Assembly (NCBI GenBank): GCA_051362555.1
Contig: CM120641.1
Span: 12,276,001-12,340,000, forward strand
Length of the DNA stretch: 64,000 bases
DNA from: Lingula anatina
Taxonomy: Eukaryota > Animalia > Brachiopoda
Reading direction: 5' to 3'
Shown: positions 13,640 through 27,021 of the stretch, piece after piece
How positions within the stretch are numbered: the first letter of the stretch is position 1
Layout of the letters: each line of letters starts with the position of its first letter
Made by a program: the position numbers and the translations under genes
The notes under the pieces: generated by a model
Told to the model about the DNA's origin: nothing
What the model saw: only the letters and a program-made list of their open reading frames with translations
Databases searched by the model: none

Positions 13640-15210
13640 TCATTGGGTCACAATACTAAACATGATAATTAGGTGAATCCATCAGGTTCCATTTACAAGC
13701 TGTATTTGCCATTCCACGTATAACAGTCCCAAAGCTTTTACATCATTTTGCATCCTTCATGCACTATTACTCCAAATTCTCAGCCTTTCTATTAGAATCC
13801 CAGTGTAAAAAATGATCTATCTGGTCAATGCCAATACAAAAACGTAAAGCTTTGACTGCCATCATCAGATATCCATATTACTGCTCTATGTCATAATCAA
13901 TGCCTGTCATTTCTTCAGTGTGCGTAAAGAACTCCCCCATATTCAGAATCGTTTATGGATTGAATCTATTCTATAAAATCATATAATGTCACATTGGATT
14001 TGCAATACGGGCAAGTAGGTGGTGGATGTCAACTGTAGAGGCCAAATGGGTCTGTCACTTAGAGCCCCTGACGTAAAGAACATCCCAGAGAGCACTAAAC
14101 CACTAAGATGGAAGGTTCACATCAACCTTAAAGACATATCACACCAGCATCCGGCTTGGCTGTGGCCAGAGACAACTTGAGGGTTTTTCTCATCAATAGA
14201 TCTTCTATTTCCACATCGGTGAGCCAGGTCTCTAACTGTGCAAGGCTTGGAATTAATACACAGCACACAAACCTCATCAACACGATGTCCAAGTTGCCTC
14301 ATCAATTACAGATCCATTTGCTGCCGCCGCTGTGCACGCTCATCATGGTGTGAGGGAAAGAGACAACAACCATGGGGGGTCAATTATGCAAAAAAATCAC
14401 AGAAGCAATCAAACTGGAGCAGAAAATCGTGCATAAATCTGCTGAGGTCAATATCTCTCATGTGAAGAATGAGAAATAAAAATTTCAACTGTCAGTCAAG
14501 ATCTTAACCAAAAATCATAAGATTATGAGAAAATAGTTCTGGATCTGGCATTTCCCAGCAGAGCATAGTGTCAAAGCTGAGGCTTCAATCGTTCCCTGTA
14601 GACAGTACTGCCAGCTGTACCATACTCAAGGGCATGCATTCTCTATTACTTCTACTGATTGAGGTCCCTGTTGAGTACTGCTGTGCATTATCATGCAAGG
14701 CAAATGAAAAGCCCATCAAAGGCTGGCTGATAATTCCCAATGGCTCACTCCATCTGTAATGTTTGCTGATGCCATTAGAACCAAAATAATGCTAGATATG
14801 GACTAAGTATGATACATATTACAGATGGACAGGCAGTCAGACAATTACTGAGCAGCATGAATTAAATGTTAAGCAATTTACAGAGGACTGTAGAATCTGC
14901 CGCCCCCTTCAAGATTGAGGTTCACCAATAGCTGAGGTGATAGCACACTTTGTCCAAAGCTTGCCAAGCTATTATCTCTCCTGCAAGTTCTTAATCATGT
15001 GCTATAATTCTAGTATTGACTTTATGTTTGGACTTAATTAATGATGGTTCTGTGCATACAGAACCGATATCATTGGTAATATCTCCATCTAATGTCCATG
15101 GGAACAAAACGCAATTATGAAATGGCTTATAGATCAAATGGTCCTGTGTTCGGGCTTTGCTATCTATCTCATCTACTGAAATTGGATGGCAAACCTGCTT
15201 CATTTCAGTG
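13640..15210 (-). pseudogene. Highly decayed non-LTR retrotransposon (LINE) ORF2 relic
   Basis: Colinear motif remnants on the minus strand: CHPISVDEIDSK (~15190; cf. YRPISL.S..SK), QALDKVCYH (~14960; cf. KAFDKVWH), VLNRDLN (~14670), ACKWNLMDSP (~13690; cf. the KW.L.DSP.C tail of I/Ingi-like elements); many stops and frameshifts. Confidence 0.5.
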
Positions 15211-15735
15211 TCATCTCAATAACAAAATCATATAGAGCCAAGAAGAAATCTTCTTTTCACAAAAATGTTATATAAATATGTTTCCATGTAATGAAGAAGG
15301 TGTGAGGTGTAAAGAATAAGCATTTCCACACAGAAATCATTAAGTGGAAGCAATTAGCCTGCATATCTCAGATTTTTGAAAACAATCAATAGAACCCAAC
15401 AGTTCATATTGGTATAACGCATCTATTCAGTAGCATTCATGAATATGTGAACATAAAGCAGTTTGCGTGAGTTGGGAACACATGATTGGTGAAGATATGT
15501 ATTGCACATTGTGTTGCAGAGACTCAATATTATAGAGACTTGACATTTCAGAAGTAGTGACTGACAGTGTTGCATGTACCCAATGTGATATAAAAAAACA
15601 CTCATTTCCTGTCTTAATTATCTGGTGTACATTCTTTTCTTGACTGTCTTTAAAGGTGTATATCTATTTCCTAAATTTCTCTTCATTAAAGTTCAATTTA
15701 AAGCGAGGGTGGATTCCAAGTAATGTAGACATATT

Positions 15736-16701
15736 TACAGGCCAGATCCCAATCTAGTCCACTTTTCAAGTGGCCCAGACCACATCCCAATTGTGTCTTT
15801 GCATTGTTAACAGCATAATGAGCATGTTAATTGGCCAAGTAATTTACAGGTGAGCTGCCAGTATACATCTTAACCTATGACAGCATGGAACAATGATAAA
15901 ATAGCTCCTTTAAGGCATAATACATTTTGGGAAAATATAGGATAAAGAATATATTGGTATCATGCTTATGTAACATTGTTTAAGAATGTATTTCATTTTT
16001 AAAATAATACCAAATACAATTGTTCAAACTGACACAATTGATGTTGGTCATTTCACAGCTGTTTTCAGGCAACTTTTTTATCAGGTACAGTGACTGTGAT
16101 AAGGTTGATCATACATTTCAGATCGGTTTTTCACATAAACCTTGTGATCTTCATTAATCAATTAAATTTTAAGCAATCACCTGTGAAAAACTCAGGTAGA
16201 CACTAAGCGAAAGAAAACACTGAGCTCAATTTTTTTCGCTTCGATAAAATCCACTTTTTTGTAATTAAAATGACCCTTTTACTCTTGGGAAAATGGGCAG
16301 GTTTTCATAAAATTAATCCAAATGAAACATTGCTAGCTCTCCCTGCTACACCTTTGATTAAACATTCCTTTACTAGACATTTTAATCAATCTACTTTTAG
16401 TATTGTGATATACCTCTATAATAACGTATTAAATTTTAAAATTAAAATGTTTTCCTTTTAAATATTTATGCAATAATCTTTAAAAATTGTCCTCAGATGA
16501 ATACAACTGCATATATTTCAATTGCCACACCTGTAAGTATCATCATATGTGCCTTGATCTATGCCATCCCTTATTTAGTTACACATGCCATACAAACAAA
16601 CTGGTACCTCACATGCTCATTATGCCATTAACAATGCAAGGACCCAAATGGGATATGGTCTGGGCCACTTAGGAAGTGGACAGATTAGGATCTGTCCTGT
16701 G
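15736..16701. mobile_element. ~965-bp MITE with ~90-bp imperfect TIRs
   Basis: Left acaggccagatcccaatctagtccactt..aagtggcccagacca.atccca.ttg.gtc.ttgcattgttaa..gcataatgagcatgt (15737-15826) is the reverse complement of 16611-16700. Confidence 0.8.
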
Positions 16702-17546
16702 ATAAACTACTTCTATATACTAATTTCTTAAAGACTAACATAAAGCCAACATGCCAAGGGATAAACCAAAGTGATCATCTGATCAGCCATAAAAGAACTT
16801 TAAAACTGTACCTTCTACAAATTTCTGGTAGTAAACTGACCTAATGATCTGTTCCTCCAGTTTGTAAAAGTCTGTTATGATGTAATCATCACTCTACACT
16901 TATTGAAATGAGTTACCAAAAATGACTGAGGGTTCTATATAGCACAGAAAGTGAGCATAAGCATAAAACATCTGTGCAAATATGAATTTTCAAACATGAT
17001 ACAATGTTCTTTCGTATTTGTCTAAGTTATACTATTGTTAACTACATGGTGGCATTTGGTTGGGTTTTGTGGCAAAAAATTGACTTCAAATACATCTTTA
17101 AGGCCAGTGTTATTTTGTGTATTGGTATAATTTTTGTATTAAAAGATACTGAAAAATTAGCAAAAAAAAAGAAAAAAAATCTCAAAATTTTTTGCCTTTG
17201 CATTGTATTTCTGCATCTACCTAGATACAGTAAACTGAATGACAGATATAATTTTTCTTTTAATTTGACATTATTTTTTATCATCATATTTATTTATTTA
17301 TTTATTTATTTATTATCTATCTGACAAAAAACATTCCTTTCAGATTTTAAAGCCAACAATGCTAAAAGGTAAAAACAGATTAAGACAGTTTGTTTTATTC
17401 TGTCATGAAAGGTTTGTTTATGCTTGTTTTCTGTATATAACCTTGAAAATAAAAATTGTAGACTGTTGTTGGAAGAGTTTTTGTATGAAATACAAATACA
17501 TGAATACATGCATTCCTCTACATTAACTATATATGTTTTCTCTTAC

Positions 17547-17717
17547 CTGCATCATTAACAGGTCAATTTGATTTTCCATATATCTGATATGATGTTTACA
17601 GGTCTAATTAAAAGGTCTGGTGGATAAAGATGATTTAACTGCTTAGTAAATATTAGCAGAATATTGCTTTAATTATTAGCACTGGCCACAGATAGTGAGA
17701 ACAATCTAAATTATATG
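17547..17717 (-). other. Candidate minus-strand exon (mostly non-coding; ends in MENQIDLLMMQ, phase 0)
   Basis: Strong acceptor ctttgttttttttttAG and donor CAG|GTAAGA. Confidence 0.35.
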
Positions 17718-19888
17718 CTAAAAAAAAAACAAAGGTATCCTGTACTCCCACTACTTGGCTCCATGTCCCACGCTTATCAATTAGAACAAACTCATAAAGA
17801 GCAATTTGATAACCTTTCTTTGTGTAGAAAATGTGCTTCTTTGATGTTTGCAAGCATCAAAAAACATAATATACAGGGTATCTGCAGACCTTTGACAGAT
17901 GTGGTGTACGTGGCTGGCAAACACATTTAAAACTCAGGAAAATAGCTTTCAAATTTTAAAGTTACTGCGCTATATTATTATTATTATTATTATAATTATT
18001 ATTATTATTATTATTTCATGATTGCTATATGATAAATATGCCAAAAGAATAGTTTATTTTTTAGAAGAAATTACTAAAACAAGCATGAATGACTATACAT
18101 TTCAGCCATCAACCTTATTTATGCAGACATGCATTTAATGCTTAGATCCATAAAAAATTAGTTATTGAAATATATCACAAGAAGATAACTTTTGTTGTCA
18201 ACACACCATTTTTTCAGTTTGAATTTCACCTGATTATAGTAAAAACTCAAAAAATGACATAGGTCTTCTTACTATGTGAGATGCAACACTGTTTTTGTTT
18301 AATTCTTAAAAATGTTTCTACCATAGAGAAAGAAGCATTAATATATAGATATTGCAATATATCACTAATGTAGGGAAGAAAGGGTAAAATTAGAGATGAA
18401 AGTTTACATTTGATTTTTTTGCAACATTTCCCTTAATATTTTATTTCTCATGTGTGTATGCAAAAAAGGGAAGACTTTAAAAACTATAATAAATCACTTT
18501 ACACTGAATCATAATAAACGGTACAAAAGATTTGCATGATCAGAGTTAGATCATGCCAAATTCTAATCTATATTGAATTTGACAATTTAATCTTAATCCC
18601 ATCCACTGGGATGCTCTGAAACAGAAAGAAAGCACCTGTGCTGTATGTGAGTGTAACTGAAATAATCTTTTGAATTTTATCAATCTAGTATATTGAATTG
18701 GACAATTATCAATTGAGGTGGTCTATGCAAAAAAAACAAACAAAAAAAAAATTATCTAACTGAATATAAGTCATTTGTTTTGTTTAATGTTTTATCCCAT
18801 GTTAAACTCTAGAAATAATATTGCACATATTCATATTAATTATTCAGCAAAACTATGCAAAATCTAGAACTAAGCCCCTTGTCCTATCATCCTACAGTGT
18901 ACCACAGGTACATTATAAAGAAAAGAGCCATCTGTTGTAGTTTGCACTTTTTATATTCAGGCTATTCAGAGAAGGACAAATATTGGGTATCACCTACTGG
19001 CAATACTGATCAAAGCTGTCTTTTGGTAATATAGCAATGGGACTGATAAACACATCTATGACAGAGATGTTCAGTAATATTGTCATTTATTCAATTTATT
19101 CATGCAATTTTGGAATTTTAGAGTTTTTATCACTTAAGTAGTTACATTTAGTTATAAGCTACATCCTTAGAGATTTTGATCACAGTATTACCTATCCTTG
19201 CCACAAAAGCCACAAAAAGTAACTTCAAAAAATCAATGAGTATATTTAGCAAATTTACCATCTCTGGTGATGTGCTAGTAAGACTATATAATACACAGCC
19301 GCATACTGCGTGAGGAAAACAGCCTCAGCCTTGAACTAAAATCAAGTTTTACAGGACGTTTTCAGTTGTAAAAGGATTGATTTCCTTCAGTCATGGCTTT
19401 GTCTCCTAATTTAAGTTAAAATCAAAATCAGTACAAAAATGCATGTTAAAGCTATCTATAGTAAATGTATCTTAATTTACTTTAGTATCTCTACAGGTTA
19501 CACAATTCATTTGAGCACAATTGACAATTAATATCAGTATACAAGGTAGCCTTCTCCCCCCCCCCCCATTTTAAGCAATGAAGTATTTTCTTGTTATTTC
19601 AAAGCCTGACCATGTGTATATAACTCATAGAACTGAAACAGTAATTACAAGACTTTTTTCACATGTTGCGTCAGGAACAATCTGAAAATTTGCTTATCAA
19701 TCAGTAACCTGTAACCCCTGCATTGATCACCACTCCTCCCCCAAAAGGCATATGCTTTAAATCCCCCCAAAAGGGTATAGGTCTGAACTGTGGGTCAATT
19801 CCCACCAAATTCTACATTAAACTGGAAATAATCTGAATATGTCCCTAGATAAAAGCGAAATACAAGACAAATATGGTTTCAACAGGAC

Positions 19889-20095
19889 AAGGTTTAAATT
19901 AAACCTGGCTTAAAAGGTACATGATTTAGTTTAACCCATAACCTGGCATTGAAGGTACATGTGAAAAGAGAGGTTTAAGTTAAACCTGGTGTAAAAGGTG
20001 TAAAGTTTAAGTTAAACTGTGAAAGGGACATAGATTGAGTTAATTTTAAGTTAGACCTGATGTGAAGGGGTGAGCTTAAGTTTAACCTGGTGCAA
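19889..20095. repeat. Array of short palindromes AGGTTTAA(G/A)TTAAACCT
   Basis: About six degenerate copies with tails like ggtgtaaaagg/tgtgaaaggg at roughly 30-35 bp spacing. Confidence 0.7.
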
Positions 20096-20391
20096 AATGG
20101 ACGTGCAAATGGTTCATTTGGTAAGTGATACAGTGGAGCCTTATTCTACATGACAAGTTCAAACTGCACATTTTTCAAATTACCTGATTATCAAAACATG
20201 TCACTGGTACATGCATGCCTCATAATGCTGTGGGCAGGCCTACCACTGCTGTTACTAGTGTGTGTATGTACGTGTGCATGTGTGCATACATGTATGTGTT
20301 GTAAGGGATGGATAAAATTCATAACAATCTTTCCCATTTTAAAAATCTCTTATTACCATAAATAATATTTCAAAATTGAGCCTTAAAATTA

Positions 20392-20561
20392 CAGGCCCAT
20401 AGCCAGGGGGTTCGGGGGGTTCGAAAGAACCACCCTTTTTGCTGGGAAAAGGTCCACTCTGGGTAAAACTTGATCTATGTACTTGAGGAATTTATGGTAA
20501 AAGGTCCACTTTTTCAGAAAACGAACCCCCCCCCCCTCTGAAATTGCTGGCTACATGCCTG
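20392..20561. mobile_element. Non-autonomous hAT-like MITE, copy 2
   Basis: Same family as 4604-4775; perfect 5-bp TSD aatta/aatta. Confidence 0.88.
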
Positions 20562-22579
20562 AATTAAGTCATGTAATGCTAATGTATTCACAAAAGTAGA
20601 CAATTTTTGATCTTGATGAAAAAAAACTGAACCACTATGTGTTAAAATACTTTGTTGTTTGGTATCAAATGCTGTGATGATTTTTCATCACGTAGCAGCA
20701 TTTAGCACTCAGGATTGATCCAAATTACTCGATAAGTCATTTTCAGGTGCTTTAAGTAACCCTGTCAATTTGATAGGTTATGTTGAAACTAAAGAAACAC
20801 AAAAATGTTTTATAAAGGTGATAAGCAAATACCACAAATAAATAAAATATATTGTGTTATACTTCATAAACTTTTTTTTGTATAACTCTTGATATTAAAA
20901 AACTGATGTTAATGTACCACAATTCAGTCATTACATAATATTTAGAATGTAGAATATTTTCCTATTCATTAAACCATCATGTTTCATTCTTTATACTATA
21001 TGCATAATATTTCAAAAATGATATGGCATAATTATCATGTTTACTAGAATCAATTTTACAAAAAAAAAATATATCGAAAAAAGAAAAAAGTCTTATTCAA
21101 TTGCAAAGCACTTTTAAATAGAACCAGAATATATTTGACACCAGTGTCAAACTCTTTTCCACGAATCTACCTCATAAATCAAGAAAATCACCATCCAAAT
21201 TGAACTGCTTGACCAGTGCAGCCTCAATCAATACATGCTTTTCTACTTTCAATTTCTATTTCCATAGTTAGAATCCTTCATTCCTCCTGACAACTCCCAG
21301 TCCATACACTATTCAAGTATTAATCCACAGTTGCAGTACAGATATCACTGTGCTATTTTACCATTTTTGCCCATACAGTAGCATGCTAACATGAATTTAT
21401 ATGAATATTATAAGTTAAATATCAAGGCTCATATTACTGAGAGAATAGAATGGGAAAAGGAAACCAAAGACCACAGTTATGATAAAATTTGACAAATTAC
21501 ATACATTTGAATGATAAGACAAGCAGCCAGGGTATGTTGTGTGTGATCACTCCAGTCAATAAGTATGCGATGTACTTTAGTAGTATATGAGTGAATACAA
21601 AAGATCGGGAAGACTAATGATGACTGCAAGTTATCATTATTGTTGTTGGATGTCCACATTACTTAAAAATCCTCTCACAAGGACTTCATGACTGCAACTT
21701 CTTTCTTCTCTGACACAATCAAATCCTGCCAGCCACCAGTATCATACATCAGTGCTGAGTTGATACTGGGAATGGAAAGCATTATTTACATACAATCAAG
21801 TCTTCCTTTTCTATTAGTGGAAATAAAAATCAAGATTACTTTCGTTGCTACCTCAATGAGAAGATAATTTCTTTATGTGCACCCATAAAATTGCATTGCA
21901 GTGGAAACTTTCAGTTTGATCTAGTGGGATTTAAAAAAGAATTCAAACAATTTCTAATGTCTGTGAGATATTTGCAGCATTTATAAAAAGCTGAAGAAAT
22001 CAGTTAAGATTGGAAATACTTAATATAATATAATATAACACCATCTATAGATTACACAAAGTAGTAAAGTATCAACAGTTTGCTTATATCTATACTCCAT
22101 ATTATTCAAGGCAAAAATAAATGCAAACTGTGAAACAAAAAAATTCCTAGGAAAGTGGAAAGAAAAATATACATACTTATACTGCTACTGTAGTGTATAC
22201 TCTTTTGTCATTTGGCAGGGCAATATAAAAATTAGCACAACGGTTTTCTACAAAAATATTTTGTGTATAAGAAAAAACTTTAAAGTGTGTTTAATATGTG
22301 CCAGTACAAGATACTGCCTTACAGAAAGCAAGATGATACCTATCATGGTTTCAGGTTTCTAATGCAATCTGATAAATGTAAAAGCAGGTGAACACCCAGG
22401 GTATAACACTGTTTGAAAAACAAGGACAAATTAATCTTTTTAAAGATCATTTATTATTTTTGTGGTTTATGTGTTTCATTATTTTTTAAAATTACTATCT
22501 AAACATAATTTCATCTGTCTATTACCATGTCACTTTGAATAAATCGACATTTGTTTAATCATTTTTTACTATATTTCAG

Positions 22580-22799
22580 GCAATCATAGAGAGTGGACAA
22601 CTTACATGTATGGAGCCTGGCATGACCCGACTGGAAAGGATAGAATTTACTGTGAACAGTCAGTGGCTCGCTGAGACTAACTCAGTGTACCAAAAAGTCA
22701 AGCACCTTTGTTTTACAGAAGTTGCTAGAGGATTTTTTTCAGCCCACAAGAAACAACTTCAGTGAATGATTTTGTAGTTAGTTACAAGAGCTCTGCAGG
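22580..22799 (+). other. Candidate 220-nt plus-strand exon (non-coding or stop-containing)
   Basis: Acceptor ttttactatatttcAG, donor CAGG|GTAAGT; frame 0 is open for 61 codons (AIIESGQLTCMEPG...KKQLQ*) then stops inside the exon. Confidence 0.35.
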
Positions 22800-23017
22800 G
22801 TAAGTTTCATATTCAAAGAGAAGCAAATTGACAACATGCTAACAGGCTGATTATATTTTGCAACAAAATTTTATTAAAATAGTTTTCCCAAACATAAGAT
22901 TGATTTTAAATGGTTTATTTTGATGATTTGTGGCGAGTATATTTTTACCTTTGGGCTTTCCTTTTTATCTATGGAATGTCCAAGTTAGGTTTAACTGCAA
23001 TACAAGTAAATACATCA

Positions 23018-25525
23018 AGGAAGGTGACGGACGAGAATGTCATAGACACCCAGAAGGAATTCATTACTCTGTATCAATCAGCAGGCGAATGTATGAAACG
23101 CACACGAAACGTTAACAAGAAGAAAACTACGCAACCAGACTGGTGGGATGAACAATGCGCAATTGCTAAACAAGATAAATATAAAAAGTTAAGAAAATTT
23201 AGGAAAACAAGCTCGCAGTCAGATCTGAGCGAGTATTTAGACTCTAAACATATGTTCAGAAATATATGCAGAGATAAGAAAGCACAATTAGAAAGGACGC
23301 GACGTTTAGAGCTTATTGATTGTCGTAACAACGCAACTAAATTCTGGGCGTGTATAAAAAATGCCAGTAAACAATCCCAAAGCGTCAGTAAAGAGACACA
23401 ATATATTTCAGGCGGAAAATGGTTTAGCTATTTTAAGGCATTGTTTGCTATGAAGGAACATACTAATGCTAATGACGATATAAAAGAAAGTATTTTCAGA
23501 GATATTAATTATGTTAGAGATTCAAGTATACTAGATAGGGATATAACAGAAGATGAAATTATTCTAAGTGCTAAATCACTTAATAACGGAAAAGTAGCGG
23601 GTATTGATGGTACATGTATAGAAATGTACAAACAAACTATAAACAAAACATTACCTTATTTAAAATTGTTATTTAACAAAGTGTTATCAACAGGTAACGT
23701 CCCTCAAGACTGGTGCGTAAGCCTAATCACACCAATTCACAAAAAAGGAACTAAACTAGACCCTAATAATTACAGGGCTATTTCTGTAGTGAACAGTCTT
23801 AGCAAGTTATTTATGAAAATCTTAAGTAATCGCCTGACCTCATGGGCCGAGGAAAATGGTGTGATTGACTAATCTCAAGCAGGATTTCGTAAGGGGTATT
23901 CGACAACAGATAATATCTTTAGCCTTCAAGCAGTTATCCAAAAATATTTGTCAAGACAGAAAGGTCGACTGTATGTTTTTTACATAGATTTTTTAAAAGC
24001 TTATGATAATTGTGTCCATGAACAACTCTGGAAAAGCCTGCAGCGTAAAGGAATTCCAGACAGCAGTAATCTACTATTAGTTTTTAAAACGATGTATAAC
24101 CAACTCAAATCGTGTATAAAAACACAAAATTGTCTTACTCCATTTTTTCCATGCGAAATTGGAACCAAACAAGGATGTGTGAGCTCTACGATTATCTTCT
24201 CTCTATTTGTGAATGATTTGGTCGAATACATGAAACTTAAATGTGGTAATGGAATCTTTATTACTGCAGACTTTACAGAATTGCATGCCTTAATGTTTGC
24301 GGATGACGTCTCAACTATTGCGGAAACTGTTATTAAGCTACAAAGACAAATTAATTCAGTGAGTGATTTTTGTGACGAAACAGGTATGAAATTAAATCTA
24401 GACAAATCCAAGGTAATGGTATTCAGGAGAGGTGGTGTATTAAAAAAATGCGAAAAATGGACATATAAAGGAAATAGAATTGAGGTCATATCCAGTTATA
24501 AATATTTAGGAGTCCTCTTCACTCCTCGATTAGCTTGGTCTAGAACGCAGGAACATTTGTCATTACAAGCGATAAAGGCATCTAACGCAATATTTCGCTG
24601 TCAAAAATATTTTGGATATTTTGATTATCAAGAAGCCTTTAAATTGTTCGATGCAACTGTGAAACCGATTTTAATATATGCAGCAGAAATATGGGGATTT
24701 CAACAGGGTGCAAAAGTTGAACAAATTCATGTCTGTTTTTGCAAAAGAGTAGCCTGCTTAAATCAAAATGTGACAAATGTTCTAGCATTAAGCGAATGTG
24801 GTAGACTCCCTCTTTATGTGTCATATATGACTAAATGTATTAAATACTGGGTCAAACTGTTAACCATGCCAGCAGAAAGATACCCCAAGCAATGTTATAT
24901 TATGTTACGCCGTTTAGACACTGAAGGAAGGTCATCCTGGGCAACTTGCATTAAAAACTTATTATTTCATTATGGTTTTGGATACGCCTGGATAGCTAAC
25001 GATATCGGGGATGCAGAGGCGTTCTTAAGTTTATTTAGAACTAGAATAACAGATTGTGCAAAACAAACTATATTTGCCGATATTAATGTATCACCTAAAT
25101 GCATCAGTTATAAACTCTACAAAAGCGCTTTAAATCCTGAACGATACCTTTCACTGCCTTTAACCTACAAGCAAAGGAAAATACTTTCAAATTTTCGTTG
25201 CTCAAGTCATGAGCTCATGATCGAAAGAGGCCGTTATACTAAAATCGACAGAGATCAAAGGTTTTGCCCTTTATGTCTCAGACTAGGCATTCACACAGTA
25301 GAAGACGAAATGCATTTTTTACTTTTATGCCCCTTGTACGATGAATTCAGAATGAAATACTTTAGAACTGAATGGACATCCCGCTTTCCAAATAAACATT
25401 TGTTTACAACTATAATGTCTGACGAGAACGAAGAGAGTATTTTCTCACTGGCTAGATTTTTATTGAACGCCTTTACTCTAAGAAGTAAAATAGTAGATAA
25501 CAATGTTAACCTTCCAGATATGTAA
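23018..25525 (+). pseudogene. LINE ORF2 (reverse transcriptase plus C-terminal CCHC knuckle), no endonuclease domain, one in-frame stop at 23870-23872
   Basis: Motifs DWWDEQC, KVAGIDG, PIHKKG, NYRAIS, D*SQAGFRKG, IDFLKAYD, GTKQGC, LMFADD (24290-24307), YKYLG, FRCSSHELMIERGRY, CPLC..EDEMHFLLLC; track ORFs 22910-23872 and 23948-25525 are the same frame. Confidence 0.93.
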
Positions 25526-25679
25526 ATGAAATAATTGTATATGTATGGTGTATTCATAATTTATTTCTGTATGTAAAGCCTTGATTGTATATGTCATCTG
25601 TGTTTATACAGATTGTAATGTATTGTTGGCCAGAGGCCTTAAACTACAAAGAATAAATAAATCATCATCATCATCATCA
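23018..25679 (+). mobile_element. Young 5'-truncated LINE (probably RTE-X clade)
   Basis: RT-encoding ORF2 remnant, short 3' UTR with AATAAA (25652-25657) and (ATC)n tail to 25679; catca at the 5' junction (23013-23017) matches the tail end (short TSD or microhomology); CpG retained in CpG-depleted surroundings. Confidence 0.92.
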
Positions 25680-27021
25680 GCTATAAATTTGAAAATGTTA
25701 TCTGCCCGTAGATGTGTGAGGAATTTAAGTATTCTTCAAAGTGATTTAAGCAGTTAAAATATATAAAATTGGCCCCAAAAGAACATTTTTATTTTAATTT
25801 ATGGAAAACTATAAGATTTTTTCAACTGAGTTTGGTCTCTCATACAGTTTAAAGATGTTTGTATTTGAATTCAAATGCACCTAAATACCTGCATGTCAAG
25901 GAATAATAAATAATTCAAATTGTATTATAAACAATTCAATTGGCTTGTGGCACGTGTGGAAAAAGTGTGCTGGAAACCTAAAATTTTGCAAAGGGAAGGC
26001 ACTTACTTTTGGTATGAAATGTGTTAACGATGTCTAAGCAAACTTACCACCAAATTTGAACAGCTGACACCTTCAGATGATGCAAGAGCAAAATTTATTC
26101 ACATGACAGGCTGAGATCCTACGTAACAGTATATCTTAAAGATATGTAGACATTCCATTACATATTTCTAGTAATGGAGAAGGTAAAATTAAGTCAACAT
26201 CATGTGACTCGTTTTTGAGTGCAAAAGTCAAACAAATTCTTGTGTACTGACATGGTTACTATAATAACTATTAGCCGTATGAGTGCTGTTCTTTGTATTT
26301 GGCTAACTTTTTGGGTTTTTGCAAGTGACAGTGCATATTGTCATCTTTCCTATCAAAAGTTGCAGTTTCCCAGCCATTGGGACAGTTTGGTAGGCTGGAC
26401 AAACAAGCACCATTTGAAAAATTTGATTTTTAAGTGGGGGAATTAAGTTTCTGTGCCCACCCTACAGATACACACACACAATTTAGAATAGTTCATTTAG
26501 AAAGCCCTTCCCCCCTCCCCCCCAAAAAAGTAAATCTTACCACGATGAAAGTAAAACAGACCTACTTGCCCAAAAGGGTAAGAGCCTGAAAATAGTTTAT
26601 GTTATGCCCCACAATAATATCTATATTATTATATTAATATCTCTAATGTCACAAGGGCCTTTACATGGCAGTTCTATATGCTATGATAAAACTCCAACAA
26701 ATACTTCTCTTTCCTGCCTTAAGAATATAATAGGAGCCTACCAGTACATACTTATTGACCATAAATAAAATTACATCTTCCATAGCCCACTAGCTTCTGC
26801 TTATGACTGGCATCTTCAACTTGATGTTTTCAGGTGGATAAGGATGGCTTAATTCATTTACAATAACATTTAACCTGTTTATAAAGAAGTACTATTTGCC
26901 TACAGAAGCATGGAGGCCACCTATGTAGCCATATGAGGAGCCACGCCAATAACTCACAGAAAGTCTTCCTGGATCAAGGGATTACCTCTATCTTACTTAG
27001 TTACAGAGTTATGTTGGAAAC

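Noticed and set aside
22910-23017. Hydrophobic N-terminus fused in frame to LINE ORF2 (possible domesticated RT)
   Set aside because: Appears to be host flank that is open by chance upstream of the truncation point; the ORF has a nonsense codon before the RT core.
23870-23872. Programmed stop-codon readthrough between the two RT ORFs
   Set aside because: A single G>T change from GAA in the conserved E-S-Q-A-G-F motif explains it.
24001-24489. 162-aa antisense ORF
   Set aside because: Shadow of the LINE coding frame.
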